From assembly GCA_947375105.1 (NCBI GenBank), contig CANCET010000002.1:10471-74470 (forward strand): a DNA stretch of 64,000 bases, read 5' to 3'. The position numbers and the translations under genes were made by a program. Position 1 is the stretch's first letter. Each line of letters opens with the position of its first letter. Below are positions 37,185 to 46,908 of this stretch, one piece after another. Under the pieces are notes generated by a model. The model saw nothing but the letters and a program-made list of their open reading frames with translations, did no database searches and had not been told where the DNA came from. The stretch is from Sphingomonadaceae bacterium. GTDB taxonomy: Bacteria; Pseudomonadota; Alphaproteobacteria; Sphingomonadales; Sphingomonadaceae.

Positions 37185-38705
37185 GTGGAAACCAACCTGC
37201 TGACCTTGCTGCGCCAGAATGCCGCGCTGACCCCGGATGCTCCGTGCCTGACTTTCGGCGACGAGACGCTGAGCTTTGGGGCGTTCGACACGCAGGCCAG
37301 CCGTGTGGCGCACGCGCTGGCGGCGCAGGGCGTGCAGGCTGGAGACCGGGTCGCGATCATTGCGCGCAATGGGCTGGCGCAGTTCGAGCTGTTCTTCGGC
37401 TGCGCCAAGGCTGGCGTGATCTGCCTGCCAATCAACTGGCGACTGGCACCGCGCGAGATCGCCGGCATTCTGGGCGACAGCACGCCTGCGCTGCTGATCG
37501 TGGAAGAAGCCCTGCAAGGGCTGCTGGCCGAAACATTGACACCGCCCGCCATGATCCTGCTCGCGGACTATCCCGCGTGGCGCGATGCTGAAAGCCCGGA
37601 TGATCTGGGCACTCTGCCCGCGCCTGAGAGCCCGCTGCTGATCCTTTACACCTCCGGCACAACCGGCCTTCCAAAAGGCGTCGTGCTGAGCCACCGCAAT
37701 CTCTCATTTCTGGCGCAGATGGCGCATGAACTGTGGGGCATGACGGCCAGCAGCGTCAATCTGGTGGCGAGCCCGCTCTTCCATATCGGCGGCATCGGCT
37801 ATGCCATGACTGCAATGAGCCAGGGTGGCCACACCGTGCTCATGCAGCAGGTCGTGCCGGCCGAAATCGTCGCAGCAATCCAGACCCACCGCGTCACCCA
37901 CGGCTTCTTCGTGCCCACTGTGGTCCAGATGCTGCTCGAAGTGCCGGGCGTTGCGGACATGGACATGTCGAGCATCAACCGCATCGTCTATGGCGGTGCG
38001 CCGATCGGTGAAGCGGTGCTCAAGCGCGCGATCGCGGTGCTCGGCTGCGGCTTCATGAACACGTATGGCATGACCGAAACCGCCGGGACGGTGATCATGA
38101 TGGCCCCTGAGGACCACGATCCGGGCGGCCCCCTCGCACATCGCCTGCGTGCTTGCGGGAGGCCCATGCCGTGGAACGAGTTTTCACTGGTCAATCCGGC
38201 AACCGGTCAGCCGGTTGCCGTTGGCGAGGTCGGCGAGATCCGCATCCGGTCCGAAGCCATCATGCTCGGCTACTGGAACAAGCCCGCAGAAACCGCGAAA
38301 ACGATCACCCCCGATGGCTGGATGTGCACCGGCGACGCCGCCTATCAAGACGCTGACGGCTACGTTTACATCCATGACCGCTTCAAGGACATGATCGTCT
38401 CCGGCGGGGAAAACATCTACCCCACCGAGATCGAAAACGTGCTTTACGACCACCCGGCAGTCGCCGCAGTCGCAGTCATTGGCGTGCCGCATGAACGCTG
38501 GGGCGAAACGCCCAAGGCTTTTGTCGTCGCGCGGGCGGGTGCCATGCCCACCGAGGCCGAGCTGATCGCCTTCACCCGAGTGCGGCTGGCGCACTACAAG
38601 TGCCCGACGGCCGTCGCTTTCGTGGCGGCGCTGCCGCAGAACGCCTCGGGCAAGATCCTCAAGAAAGAGATGCGCGATCCGCGCTGGCTGGAAGAACAAG
38701 CATGA
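37185..38705 (+). CDS. Long-chain fatty acid--CoA ligase
   Basis: YTSGTTGLPKG, YGMTE, CTGD, DRFKDMIVSGGENIYP, GKILK; GTG start inferred. Confidence 0.92.
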   Translation: METNLLTLLRQNAALTPDAPCLTFGDETLSFGAFDTQASRVAHALAAQGVQAGDRVAIIARNGLAQFELFFGCAKAGVICLPINWRLAPREIAGILGDSTPALLIVEEALQGLLAETLTPPAMILLADYPAWRDAESPDDLGTLPAPESPLLILYTSGTTGLPKGVVLSHRNLSFLAQMAHELWGMTASSVNLVASPLFHIGGIGYAMTAMSQGGHTVLMQQVVPAEIVAAIQTHRVTHGFFVPTVVQMLLEVPGVADMDMSSINRIVYGGAPIGEAVLKRAIAVLGCGFMNTYGMTETAGTVIMMAPEDHDPGGPLAHRLRACGRPMPWNEFSLVNPATGQPVAVGEVGEIRIRSEAIMLGYWNKPAETAKTITPDGWMCTGDAAYQDADGYVYIHDRFKDMIVSGGENIYPTEIENVLYDHPAVAAVAVIGVPHERWGETPKAFVVARAGAMPTEAELIAFTRVRLAHYKCPTAVAFVAALPQNASGKILKKEMRDPRWLEEQA

Positions 38706-39502
38706 CCCTCAGTCCCTCCGCGCGCCTGCTGCGCGGCTTTGCCGTCGATTTCCTGACCTGCCACAATGTGGCGGCTGTCGAGACGATCATGGAGCCCGAC
38801 TATGCGCTCAGCATCGGCGGATTCCTGCTCGCTGGCCGCGACGACACCTATTTGCCGGCAACCGCTGCGCAGCTCGATCAGTTTCCCGGGCTCTGCGTAA
38901 CGGTGCACGATACCGTGATCGGCCCCGACGCTATTGCGATGCGGTTTACCGAACACGGCGCGTCGATCCGCCATGGCGGACGGCTTTCCACTTGGGGCGG
39001 GGTCACGCTGTTCCGCATCCAGAACGGCAGATTGCATCGCGGCTGGGCTGAAGAGGATTACTACGCCCGCAAGCGCCAGCTCGCCGAGAGCACCTGCGAC
39101 ATGATTCGCGCCCCGCATCCTGCCCCTTGGGACGCGCCTTGCGAAGCCCCGGATGAGGCGGTGGAAGCCCTTGCCGAAGCGTGGCTGACGGACCCCGCCA
39201 ACTGGGCCGACAGGACCGTGATCGACGAGATCAGCGCCGAAGGTCCGCGCTTTGCCGATCTGGTGGCAATCGAAGCCATCGCCATCGACCAACTGTTTTC
39301 CGCAGGGCCGCGCGGGGCGTTCCACCTTACTTGCACCGGCACCTATCGCGGCGGATTCGACGATATCGATCCGGCGCAAATCGGCCAGCCGGTCACGCTG
39401 GCGCTGGCTGGCATCTTCGACTCCGAGGGAGACCAGATTGTGCATGTGCAAGTTACTGCGGACCGGCTCGGCCTCAACCGCACGCTGATGCCGCCGCGAT
39501 GA
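38702..39502 (+). CDS. Tandem SnoaL/NTF2-fold protein (cyclase or epoxide hydrolase-like)
   Basis: Two repeats of a SnoaL-like strand pattern (FPGLCVTVHD..MRFTEHG..FRIQNGRL; IDQLFSAG..TGTYRG..IFDSEGDQI); 4-bp overlaps on both sides. Confidence 0.6.
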   Translation: MTLSPSARLLRGFAVDFLTCHNVAAVETIMEPDYALSIGGFLLAGRDDTYLPATAAQLDQFPGLCVTVHDTVIGPDAIAMRFTEHGASIRHGGRLSTWGGVTLFRIQNGRLHRGWAEEDYYARKRQLAESTCDMIRAPHPAPWDAPCEAPDEAVEALAEAWLTDPANWADRTVIDEISAEGPRFADLVAIEAIAIDQLFSAGPRGAFHLTCTGTYRGGFDDIDPAQIGQPVTLALAGIFDSEGDQIVHVQVTADRLGLNRTLMPPR

Positions 39503-40425
39503 GCAAGGTCATCATCACTTGCGCCGTCACCGGCGGCGCGCATACCCCGACCATGTCGGACGCCCTGCCCTGCACGCCGTCCGAGATTGCCGAGCAGTCG
39601 ATCGCGGCGGCCGAAGCGGGTGCAGCCATTCTACACCTTCACGCGCGCAATCCCGCCAACGGACAGCCCACCGGCGATCCGGCGATCTACGCGCAGTTCC
39701 TGTCGGTCATCAAGCAACAGACGGATGCCGTGGTGAACATCACCACGGGCGGTTCCGCGACCATGCCGCTGGCCGAGCGGCTGAAGGCGGCAGTGCAGTT
39801 CAAGCCCGAGATGTGCTCGCTCAACATGGGCTCGATGAACTTCGCGTTCTTCGGCGCAGCGGCGCGTATCAACACTTGGAAGCACGATTGGGAAGAGCCC
39901 TATGTCACGGGCTCGGACGACTTCATCTTCCGCAACACCTTCCGCGATATCGCAACGATCCTTGAGGTGATGGGCGAGGCTGGCACCAAGTTCGAGCACG
40001 AGTGCTACGATGTCAGCCACCTCTACAACCTGGCGCATTTCGTTGATCGGGGCCTGGTGAAGCCGCCATTCTTCATCCAGATGATTTTCGGCATTCTGGG
40101 CGGCATCGGCCCCGATCTCGAAAACCTGATGTTCATGAAATCGACTGCCGACCGCCTGTTTGGCCGCGACAATTTCCAGTGGTCGGTGCTCGCGGCCGGG
40201 CGTCACCAGATGCCGTTCCTCACACAAGCCGCGCTGATGGGCGGCAATGTCCGTGTCGGGCTGGAGGACAGCCTGTTCATCGAACGCGGCGTGCTTGCCG
40301 CCTCGAACGCGCAGCAGGTGGAAAAGATCGTGCGGATCATCCGCGAAATGGGCCATGAACCGGCGACCCCAACCGAAGCCCGCGCGATGCTGGGCCTCAA
40401 AGGCGGCGACAGGGTGGAGTTCTAG
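39499..40425 (+). CDS. BKACE / beta-keto acid cleavage enzyme (DUF849), copy 2
   Basis: IITCAVTG, ILHLHARNP, SLNMGSMNF, EHECYD, NVRVGLEDSL. Confidence 0.9.
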   Translation: MSKVIITCAVTGGAHTPTMSDALPCTPSEIAEQSIAAAEAGAAILHLHARNPANGQPTGDPAIYAQFLSVIKQQTDAVVNITTGGSATMPLAERLKAAVQFKPEMCSLNMGSMNFAFFGAAARINTWKHDWEEPYVTGSDDFIFRNTFRDIATILEVMGEAGTKFEHECYDVSHLYNLAHFVDRGLVKPPFFIQMIFGILGGIGPDLENLMFMKSTADRLFGRDNFQWSVLAAGRHQMPFLTQAALMGGNVRVGLEDSLFIERGVLAASNAQQVEKIVRIIREMGHEPATPTEARAMLGLKGGDRVEF

Positions 40426-40428
40426 GGT

Positions 40429-41205
40429 ATGGCGCGCACGATTGTAGACCTCTCGATCTACCTCGAAAACGACGTGATCTCCGATCCGCCACCCTACCAG
40501 CCCAAAATCGCTTACATCGACCACAAGACCTCGATACCCGATCTGGTCGGCTTCTTCCCGGGGCTGAAGCCCGAAGACCTGCCCGATGGCGAGGCTTGGG
40601 CAATCGAGAAGATCGAGCTGATCACGCACAACGGCACGCACCTCGATGCACCGTACCACTTCGCCTCGACGATGAATCGGGGTGAGCGCGCGATCACGAT
40701 CGACGAAGTACCGCTCGATTGGTGCTTCCAGCCCGGCGTGAAGCTCGATTTTACCGCCCTGCCCGATGGCTATGTGGTGACCGCCGCAGATGTCGAGGCA
40801 GAGCTCGCGCGCATCGGCCACACGCTCTCACCGCTGGAAATCGTCGTGGTGAATACGGCGGCGGGCAAGCGCTACGGGCAGGACGACTATGTCACCGCCG
40901 GCTGCGGCATGGGCTATGATGCGACGATGTACTTGCTCGAACGCGGCGTGCGGCTGACCGGCACCGACGGCTGGAGCTGGGACGCGCCATTCGTCCACAC
41001 GCGCGAGGCCTACGAGGCGACGGGCAATGCCGCCCTGATCTGGGAAGGCCACAAGGCGGGCCGCGATATCGGCTACTGCCACCTCGAGAAGCTGCACAAT
41101 CTGGAAGTGCTGCCCCCCACCGGCTTCACGATCGCCTGCTTCCCGATGAAAATCCGCGCCGCCTCGGCCGGCTGGACGCGCGCCGTGGCGATCTTCGAGG
41201 ATTAG
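40429..41205 (+). CDS. Cyclase-family metal-dependent hydrolase (kynurenine formamidase/isatin hydrolase fold), copy 1
   Basis: THNGTHLDAPYH, GTDGWSWD, HLEKLHNL. Confidence 0.88.
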   Translation: MARTIVDLSIYLENDVISDPPPYQPKIAYIDHKTSIPDLVGFFPGLKPEDLPDGEAWAIEKIELITHNGTHLDAPYHFASTMNRGERAITIDEVPLDWCFQPGVKLDFTALPDGYVVTAADVEAELARIGHTLSPLEIVVVNTAAGKRYGQDDYVTAGCGMGYDATMYLLERGVRLTGTDGWSWDAPFVHTREAYEATGNAALIWEGHKAGRDIGYCHLEKLHNLEVLPPTGFTIACFPMKIRAASAGWTRAVAIFED

Positions 41206-41206
41206 G

Positions 41207-41872
41207 TCAGACGATCTTTTCCGTGAGGGCGAACATTACCGGCGCCGTCGCGCGCACCGATGGCCGGTCGCGGTGGAACGCCTCGAACCGCGCGAGATTG
41301 GGATAGAGTTCGTGCCACGGCGCCATATCCGGCGCGTAGGCTTGCCAGAGCGGGATCATGCCCGTCTCGATCACGATGTCCTGATTGCCGAGCAGCGCAA
41401 TCACCGCAATGTCGGCCAGCCCGAACCGGTCGCCGACCAAGTGTTCACGTGTCCCCACCCGGCGATTGAGCTCGGTCAGCCCGCCTTTGACCTTGCGCAG
41501 CTGCCGCTGCGCCCATTCCGCGCTCGGCTGGGGCCGCTGCATTTCCCAGAACAGGAGCACAGTAGCATCGAGCACGCCTTCGGCGATCACCTGCACCTGC
41601 TTGGCCTCCAGCGCCGCCTCGGGCGCGTCGGGCAGCATCGGCGGCGTGGGATAGCGCCACTCGATCCAGTCCATGATGTGCGAGGATTCGAAGACCGGAT
41701 CCGCATTATCGGGGATCAGCACGGGAAGCTGCTCCAGCGGATTGTAGCGCGATGTCTGGGTATCGGCGTGCCAGGGTATCTCGTTCTGCAAGGTGAAGGG
41801 CACGCCCTTTTCCATCAGAGCAATGCGCACCTTGCGCGCAAACGGGCTGGGTGTGGCGCTGATCAGGATCAT
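41207..41872 (-). CDS. Glutathione S-transferase family protein (YibF-like)
   Basis: SPFARKVRIAL.EKG, NPLEQLPVL, FESSHI, FGLADIA. Confidence 0.85.
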   Translation of the reverse strand: MILISATPSPFARKVRIALMEKGVPFTLQNEIPWHADTQTSRYNPLEQLPVLIPDNADPVFESSHIMDWIEWRYPTPPMLPDAPEAALEAKQVQVIAEGVLDATVLLFWEMQRPQPSAEWAQRQLRKVKGGLTELNRRVGTREHLVGDRFGLADIAVIALLGNQDIVIETGMIPLWQAYAPDMAPWHELYPNLARFEAFHRDRPSVRATAPVMFALTEKIV

Positions 41873-41882
41873 CTTGGGTTCC

Positions 41883-42653
41883 TCAATTCATCCAGTGTCC
41901 GCCGGTGACGTTGATCGCCTGTCCGGTCATGTAGGCGGCGCGGTCCGAGGCCAGAAAGGCGACGAGTTCGGCAATTTCACCAGGGGTTCCGGCGCGGCGC
42001 AGCGGGATCGCCTGAACCCGCGTGGCGACATCGGGCAGGCCCTGCTCGCGGTTCATTTCCTCGGCTTCGGCACGCATTTCGGTATCGACGATGATACCCG
42101 GACACACCGCGTTGATGCGGATGCCCAAGCTGCCGAACTCGCCCGCCAGGCTCTGCGTGAGGTTGATGATCGCAGCTTTTGTGGCGCCATAGGCCGCGTG
42201 GTTGGGCACGCCCTTCTTGCCCGTCCACGAAGAGACATTGACGATGGCCCCACTCCTGCGCGCGATCATAGCCGGCAGCACCGCCTGCGAAAAATGAAAC
42301 ACCCCGTCGAGATTGATCGCGAACATGCGCCGCCAGTCATCCTCGGTCACATCGAGAAAAGCCGCTGTGCGCAGGATGCCCGCGTTGTTCACCAGAATAT
42401 CGACCGGACCGAGTTCACCTACGATTGTCTCCACCCCGCGGATCACCTCGGCGCGGCTTGAAACGTCACCGGCGGCAACCGCGGCCCGCTGTCCGAGCGC
42501 GGTGATCACTTCAGCAGTGGCGCTGGCGCTGGCTGCGTTCGTATCGAAAAGGCCGACGTTCGCGCCGCTCATCGCTAGCCGCAGCGCAATGGCCCGGCCA
42601 ATGCCCGCGCCCGCGCCGGTCACCAGCGCCACCTTGTCTTTCAGATCATCCAT
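41883..42653 (-). CDS. SDR oxidoreductase
   Basis: MDDLKDKVALVTGAGAGIG, VNNAG, YGATK, NVTGG. Confidence 0.9.
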   Translation of the reverse strand: MDDLKDKVALVTGAGAGIGRAIALRLAMSGANVGLFDTNAASASATAEVITALGQRAAVAAGDVSSRAEVIRGVETIVGELGPVDILVNNAGILRTAAFLDVTEDDWRRMFAINLDGVFHFSQAVLPAMIARRSGAIVNVSSWTGKKGVPNHAAYGATKAAIINLTQSLAGEFGSLGIRINAVCPGIIVDTEMRAEAEEMNREQGLPDVATRVQAIPLRRAGTPGEIAELVAFLASDRAAYMTGQAINVTGGHWMN

Positions 42654-42665
42654 GCCCGTCCGCCT

Positions 42666-42697
42666 TACCAGTGGGTATTGATTTAACCCAGTGGGTT
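42666..42697. promoter_or_regulatory. Second candidate operator: two CCAGTGGGT-containing inverted repeats 20 bp apart
   Basis: TACCAGTGGGTA (42666-42677) and AACCCAGTGGGTT (42685-42697). Confidence 0.5.
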
Positions 42698-42706
42698 TTC
42701 TATGTT

Positions 42707-42747
42707 TCAACATATGTGTTGATTCGACCTTATGTCGAGCGCAAAAT
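42707..42747 (+). promoter_or_regulatory. Operator site D (42707-42722) overlapping a putative TTGATT-N17-CAAAAT promoter
   Basis: TCAACATATGTGTTGA; -35 at 42719-42724, -10 at 42742-42747. Confidence 0.68.
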
Positions 42748-42792
42748 GCGGCCCAAGCAGCGCCGGAAGAATTGATCGAAGGGATCTCAAGG

Positions 42793-44418
42793 ATGTCCGA
42801 GCCTGCCAGCGCTGCAATCAAGGCAGACTACGATGCTGTCGTGGTCGGCGCGGGCTTTGCCGGGCTCTACATGATCCACAAGCTGCGCGGCCTCGGCCTC
42901 TCGGTCCTCGCGTTCGAAGCGGGCAGCGGTGTCGGCGGAACGTGGTTCTGGAACCGCTACCCCGGCGCACGCTGCGACGTGTACAGCCTCGAATACTCCT
43001 ACTCGTTCGACGCAGGGCTGCAGCGAGAATGGGTCTGGAGCGAGCGCTATCCCGCGCAGGCTGAGATCCTGCGTTATATCGAGCACGTGGCCGACCGGTT
43101 CGATCTGCGCCGTGACATCCGCTTCAACACCCGTGTTGCTTGTGCGCACTATAACGAGCCCGCAAACCTCTGGAGCGTCGAGACGGAGACCGGCGAGGTC
43201 GTAACCGCTCGCTTCTGCATCATGGCCTCGGGTGCGCTCTCCGCCCCCCGCAAGCCCGACTTTGCGGGCCTCGATGACTTTGGGGGCAACTGGTATCACA
43301 CTGGGCACTGGCCGCACGAGCCGGTCGATTTTACCGGCCAGACTGTTGCAGTGATCGGCACGGGCTCCTCGGGCATCCAAGTCACGCCGATGGTCGCCCA
43401 GCAGGCAAAGCGCCTGTTAGTATTCCAGCGCACCCCGAACTTCAGCATCCCGGCCTGGAACCACCCGCTGCCCGATCACGTGCAGGACGCATGGAAGCGC
43501 GATGCCGCACAGCTACGGGCCAAAGCCAAGGCGACGAAATCAGGCGCACTCTATGAGTATGGCCAGCGCGGCGCATTCGAGGTGAACGACGAAGAGCGCC
43601 AGCGCGAGTTCGACGCACGCTGGGCGCGGGGCGGTGCCAATTTTACCCATGCGTTCAACGACCTGTTCAAGGACAAGGCAGCCAACGATCTCGCGGCAGA
43701 CTATGTACGCGGCAAGATCCGGGAAATCGTGAAAGACCCGGCCGTCGCGGCAAAACTGACCCCCACCGACCACGCTATCGGCACCAAGCGCATTTGTGTC
43801 GACACCGACTACTACGCGACCTTCAACCGCGAGAACGTAACGCTGGTCGATGCGCGCGAGACCCCGATCACCCGCATCACGCCGGCGGGCATTGAAACCT
43901 CTGGCGGCCAGTACGCGGTGGACAGCATCGTGTTCGCTACCGGATACGACGCTGTGACTGGCGCGCTCACCCGCATCGACATCCGCGGGCGCGGCGGCGT
44001 CTCGCTTGCGGAGAAATGGCAAGACGGGCCCAAGACCTATCTCGGCCTTATGGTCGCCGGTTTTCCCAACCTGTTCACGATCACCGGCCCTGGCAGCCCC
44101 TCGATCCTGACCAATGTGGTCATGGCGATTGAGCAGCACGTCGATTGGGTCGGCGATTGCCTTGCCTATATGGCAAGCCAAGCCGCAGCGACAATCGAGG
44201 CTGAACCCAAGGCCGAAGAAGACTGGGTGGACCACGTGCGCGAAGTGGCTGAGGCGACGCTGCATGTGCAGGCCAACAGCTGGTACATGGGTGCGAACAT
44301 CCCCGGCAAACCGCGCGTTATGCTGCCCTATGTCGGCGGACTGGGCGTCTATACCGGCATCTGCAACGACATTGCAGCCGATGGCTATCGCGGCTTTGCC
44401 ATGGCGCGCGGGGGCTGA
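42793..44418 (+). CDS. Type I Baeyer-Villiger monooxygenase (CHMO/PAMO-like)
   Basis: GAGFAG, GGTWFWNRYPGARCD, FGGNWYHTGHWP, GTGSSG, GTKRICVD, ATGYD. Confidence 0.94.
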   Translation: MSEPASAAIKADYDAVVVGAGFAGLYMIHKLRGLGLSVLAFEAGSGVGGTWFWNRYPGARCDVYSLEYSYSFDAGLQREWVWSERYPAQAEILRYIEHVADRFDLRRDIRFNTRVACAHYNEPANLWSVETETGEVVTARFCIMASGALSAPRKPDFAGLDDFGGNWYHTGHWPHEPVDFTGQTVAVIGTGSSGIQVTPMVAQQAKRLLVFQRTPNFSIPAWNHPLPDHVQDAWKRDAAQLRAKAKATKSGALYEYGQRGAFEVNDEERQREFDARWARGGANFTHAFNDLFKDKAANDLAADYVRGKIREIVKDPAVAAKLTPTDHAIGTKRICVDTDYYATFNRENVTLVDARETPITRITPAGIETSGGQYAVDSIVFATGYDAVTGALTRIDIRGRGGVSLAEKWQDGPKTYLGLMVAGFPNLFTITGPGSPSILTNVVMAIEQHVDWVGDCLAYMASQAAATIEAEPKAEEDWVDHVREVAEATLHVQANSWYMGANIPGKPRVMLPYVGGLGVYTGICNDIAADGYRGFAMARGG

Positions 44419-44419
44419 C

Positions 44420-46033
44420 ATGCAACCGCCCACCAGCCGAACTTTCCCGGAACTCCTGCGCGAACTGGCTGCCGTTGCGCCGGATCGGTGCGCGGTCATA
44501 GATGGCGCCGTCTCGGTCACTTACGCCAGCCTCGCGCAGCGCGCCCATTTGGTCACGAACGCGCTAAAAGGAGCAGGCGTAAAGCGCGGCGACCGGGTCG
44601 GTGTGCTCTTGTCGAACCGGATCGAATGGCTCGAGATCTTCTTCGGTGCGAGCGCGGCGGGCGCTGTCGTCGTGCCGATCAGCACCTGGTCCAAGCCCGC
44701 AGAGCTTGAATTCATTCTGAGCGACGGCGGTGTCTCGGTGCTGTTTGCGATGCCGTCTTCGGGCAAGGAAGACTTCTTTGCCGCGCTGAACATGCTGGTT
44801 CCCGAGGCTATCGAGCAGAATCAATGGGTCAGCGCGCGCCTGCCTGCTCTGCACCTGCTCGTTGCCATGGCAACCACCGCGCCCGGCGCGGGATGGTGCA
44901 CCCACAACGGGTTCTGCACCGCAGCGTCCGATATGCCGCTTGGCGACGGACCAGACCCGGCCGACGACGCGCTCATTCTCTACACTTCGGGCTCGACCAG
45001 CAAACCCAAGGCCGTCCGCCTTGCGCACGGCGCGCTGATCGAAAACGGTTTCAACATCGGCGGGCGCATGGGCCTCGCGGCCAACGACAGGGTATTTGTC
45101 TCGGTCCCGCTGTTCTGGGCCTATGGCTCAGCCAATGCGCTCCCCGCCGCAATGAGCCACGGCGCAGCGATCGTCCTGCAGGACCGGTTTGAGCCAGGCG
45201 GCGCGCTGGCGCTGATTGAGCAGCACCGCTGCACGGCAATCTACACCCTGCCGACAATGACCAGCGCGCTGATCGCACACGAGGACTTTGCTCTGGCCCG
45301 CACGGCCAGCCTCAGAACCGGGCTCACGATCGGCAGCCCGCAGGATGTGATGGCTGCGGCCACAGGGCTGGGCGCGGCACATATCTGCAACATCTACGGA
45401 TCGAGCGAGACCTGCGGCAATTGCTGCGTCACGCCGTGGGATTGGCCGCTGGACCGCCGCGCAGCTTGCCAGGGTCCGCCGCTCCCGGGTGTCAGCCTGC
45501 GGCTCGTCGATGCTGAAACCGGGGCAAAGGCCGAACCGGGCCAGCCCGGGCTCATCGAGGTGACGGGCTACCTCATGGCTGGCTACGGGGGGCAGAGCGC
45601 CAGCCACAACGCCGCCGCTTTCACAGCGGACGGGTGGTATCGCACCGGAGACCTTGGTCAGTTGTCTGATGATGGAGACCTGATCTTCCTTGGTCGCGCA
45701 ACGGAGATGATCAAGCGCGCCGGGATCAATGTCTCCCCCGCTGAAGTCGAGGACGTGCTGCTGCAGCATCCGGCAGTGGCGCAAGTCGCCGTGGTCGGCG
45801 CGCCCGATCCTGCGCGCGGCGAGATCATCGTCGCGTTCGTGGTCACAACGAAGCCCGCAACCGAAGCCGAGCTCATCGCGCATGCCCGGACGATTGCATC
45901 GACCTACAAGGTGCCCGACCGGATCGTGTTCCGAACGAAACTTCCCGCGACCGCCACCGGCAAGTTGCAGCGCCAGCCGCTCAAGGCGGAAGCCGCAGCC
46001 CTCAGCGCAAAGGATAAAGCCCATGTCGCGTGA
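44420..46033 (+). CDS. Acyl-CoA synthetase (AMP-binding)
   Basis: YTSGSTSKPK, YGSSE, YRTGD, EMIKRAGINVSP, GKLQR; start at MQPPTSR. Confidence 0.9.
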   Translation: MQPPTSRTFPELLRELAAVAPDRCAVIDGAVSVTYASLAQRAHLVTNALKGAGVKRGDRVGVLLSNRIEWLEIFFGASAAGAVVVPISTWSKPAELEFILSDGGVSVLFAMPSSGKEDFFAALNMLVPEAIEQNQWVSARLPALHLLVAMATTAPGAGWCTHNGFCTAASDMPLGDGPDPADDALILYTSGSTSKPKAVRLAHGALIENGFNIGGRMGLAANDRVFVSVPLFWAYGSANALPAAMSHGAAIVLQDRFEPGGALALIEQHRCTAIYTLPTMTSALIAHEDFALARTASLRTGLTIGSPQDVMAAATGLGAAHICNIYGSSETCGNCCVTPWDWPLDRRAACQGPPLPGVSLRLVDAETGAKAEPGQPGLIEVTGYLMAGYGGQSASHNAAAFTADGWYRTGDLGQLSDDGDLIFLGRATEMIKRAGINVSPAEVEDVLLQHPAVAQVAVVGAPDPARGEIIVAFVVTTKPATEAELIAHARTIASTYKVPDRIVFRTKLPATATGKLQRQPLKAEAAALSAKDKAHVA

Positions 46034-46904
46034 TGCCTGGGGTCGCTGGGGCGAAGCCGACGAGGTCGGCGCGCTCAATCTCGTCGGCACGAGCGAAGTG
46101 CTCGGCGCTACCGGCCTCGTCCGGCAGGGCCGGGTCGTGAGCCTCGCACAGCCGCTGTCGAAGAAGACCCCGGTTCCCAGCAACCGCACCGGCCTCCTCC
46201 ATTTCATGGACCGCGACGGCGGCGACTATGCGGCCGGAGCACGCATTTCCAACGGCTTCCAATTTGCCGACGACAGCGTGGTCATGCCGCTCCACATCGG
46301 CACGCATATCGACGCGCTGTGCCATGTGTGGACTGAGGATCAGCTCTACAACGGCCATCCCGGATCGGGCACGAACAGCACGCACGGCGCGAAAAAGTGC
46401 GGCGTGGAAAAGCTGCCGCCCATCGTCACGCGCGGGTTGCTCCTTGATGTGGCGGCGCTGCATGAAGCGCCTCTGCCATTCGGCTATGCGATCGGGGTGG
46501 ACGAAATGAAAGAGGCCGCCAGCCGCGCAGGAGTGACTCCCGCGATTGGCGATGCCGTTCTGATCCGAACGGGATGGCAGGAAAATCAGGCGGGCAAGCC
46601 TGCACAGACGGTCGATTTCAACGAGGAGCCGGGCATAGACGTTGAGGCTGCGCTCTGGCTTGCCGAGGCCGGCGTTTCGCTCGTCGGCGCGGACAACTAT
46701 GCGATCGAGGCCATGCCCTTTCCCGCAGGCACAACCTTCCCCGTCCATCAGCGCCTGATCCGCGACTTCGGCATTCCGCTGCTTGAAGGCCTCGTGCTGC
46801 AGGACTTCGCCGCGCTCGGTGTGCCCGAGTTCCTGTTCGTCGCCGCGCCGCTGCCGATCGTCGGTGGAACCGGCAGCCCGATCACCCCGCTGGCGATTTA
46901 TTGA
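46023..46904 (+). CDS. Cyclase-family metal-dependent hydrolase, copy 2
   Basis: WGRWGEADEVGALN, LHIGTHIDALCH, GADNYAIE, LLEGLVL. Confidence 0.87.
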   Translation: MSRDAWGRWGEADEVGALNLVGTSEVLGATGLVRQGRVVSLAQPLSKKTPVPSNRTGLLHFMDRDGGDYAAGARISNGFQFADDSVVMPLHIGTHIDALCHVWTEDQLYNGHPGSGTNSTHGAKKCGVEKLPPIVTRGLLLDVAALHEAPLPFGYAIGVDEMKEAASRAGVTPAIGDAVLIRTGWQENQAGKPAQTVDFNEEPGIDVEAALWLAEAGVSLVGADNYAIEAMPFPAGTTFPVHQRLIRDFGIPLLEGLVLQDFAALGVPEFLFVAAPLPIVGGTGSPITPLAIY

Positions 46905-46908
46905 TCCC

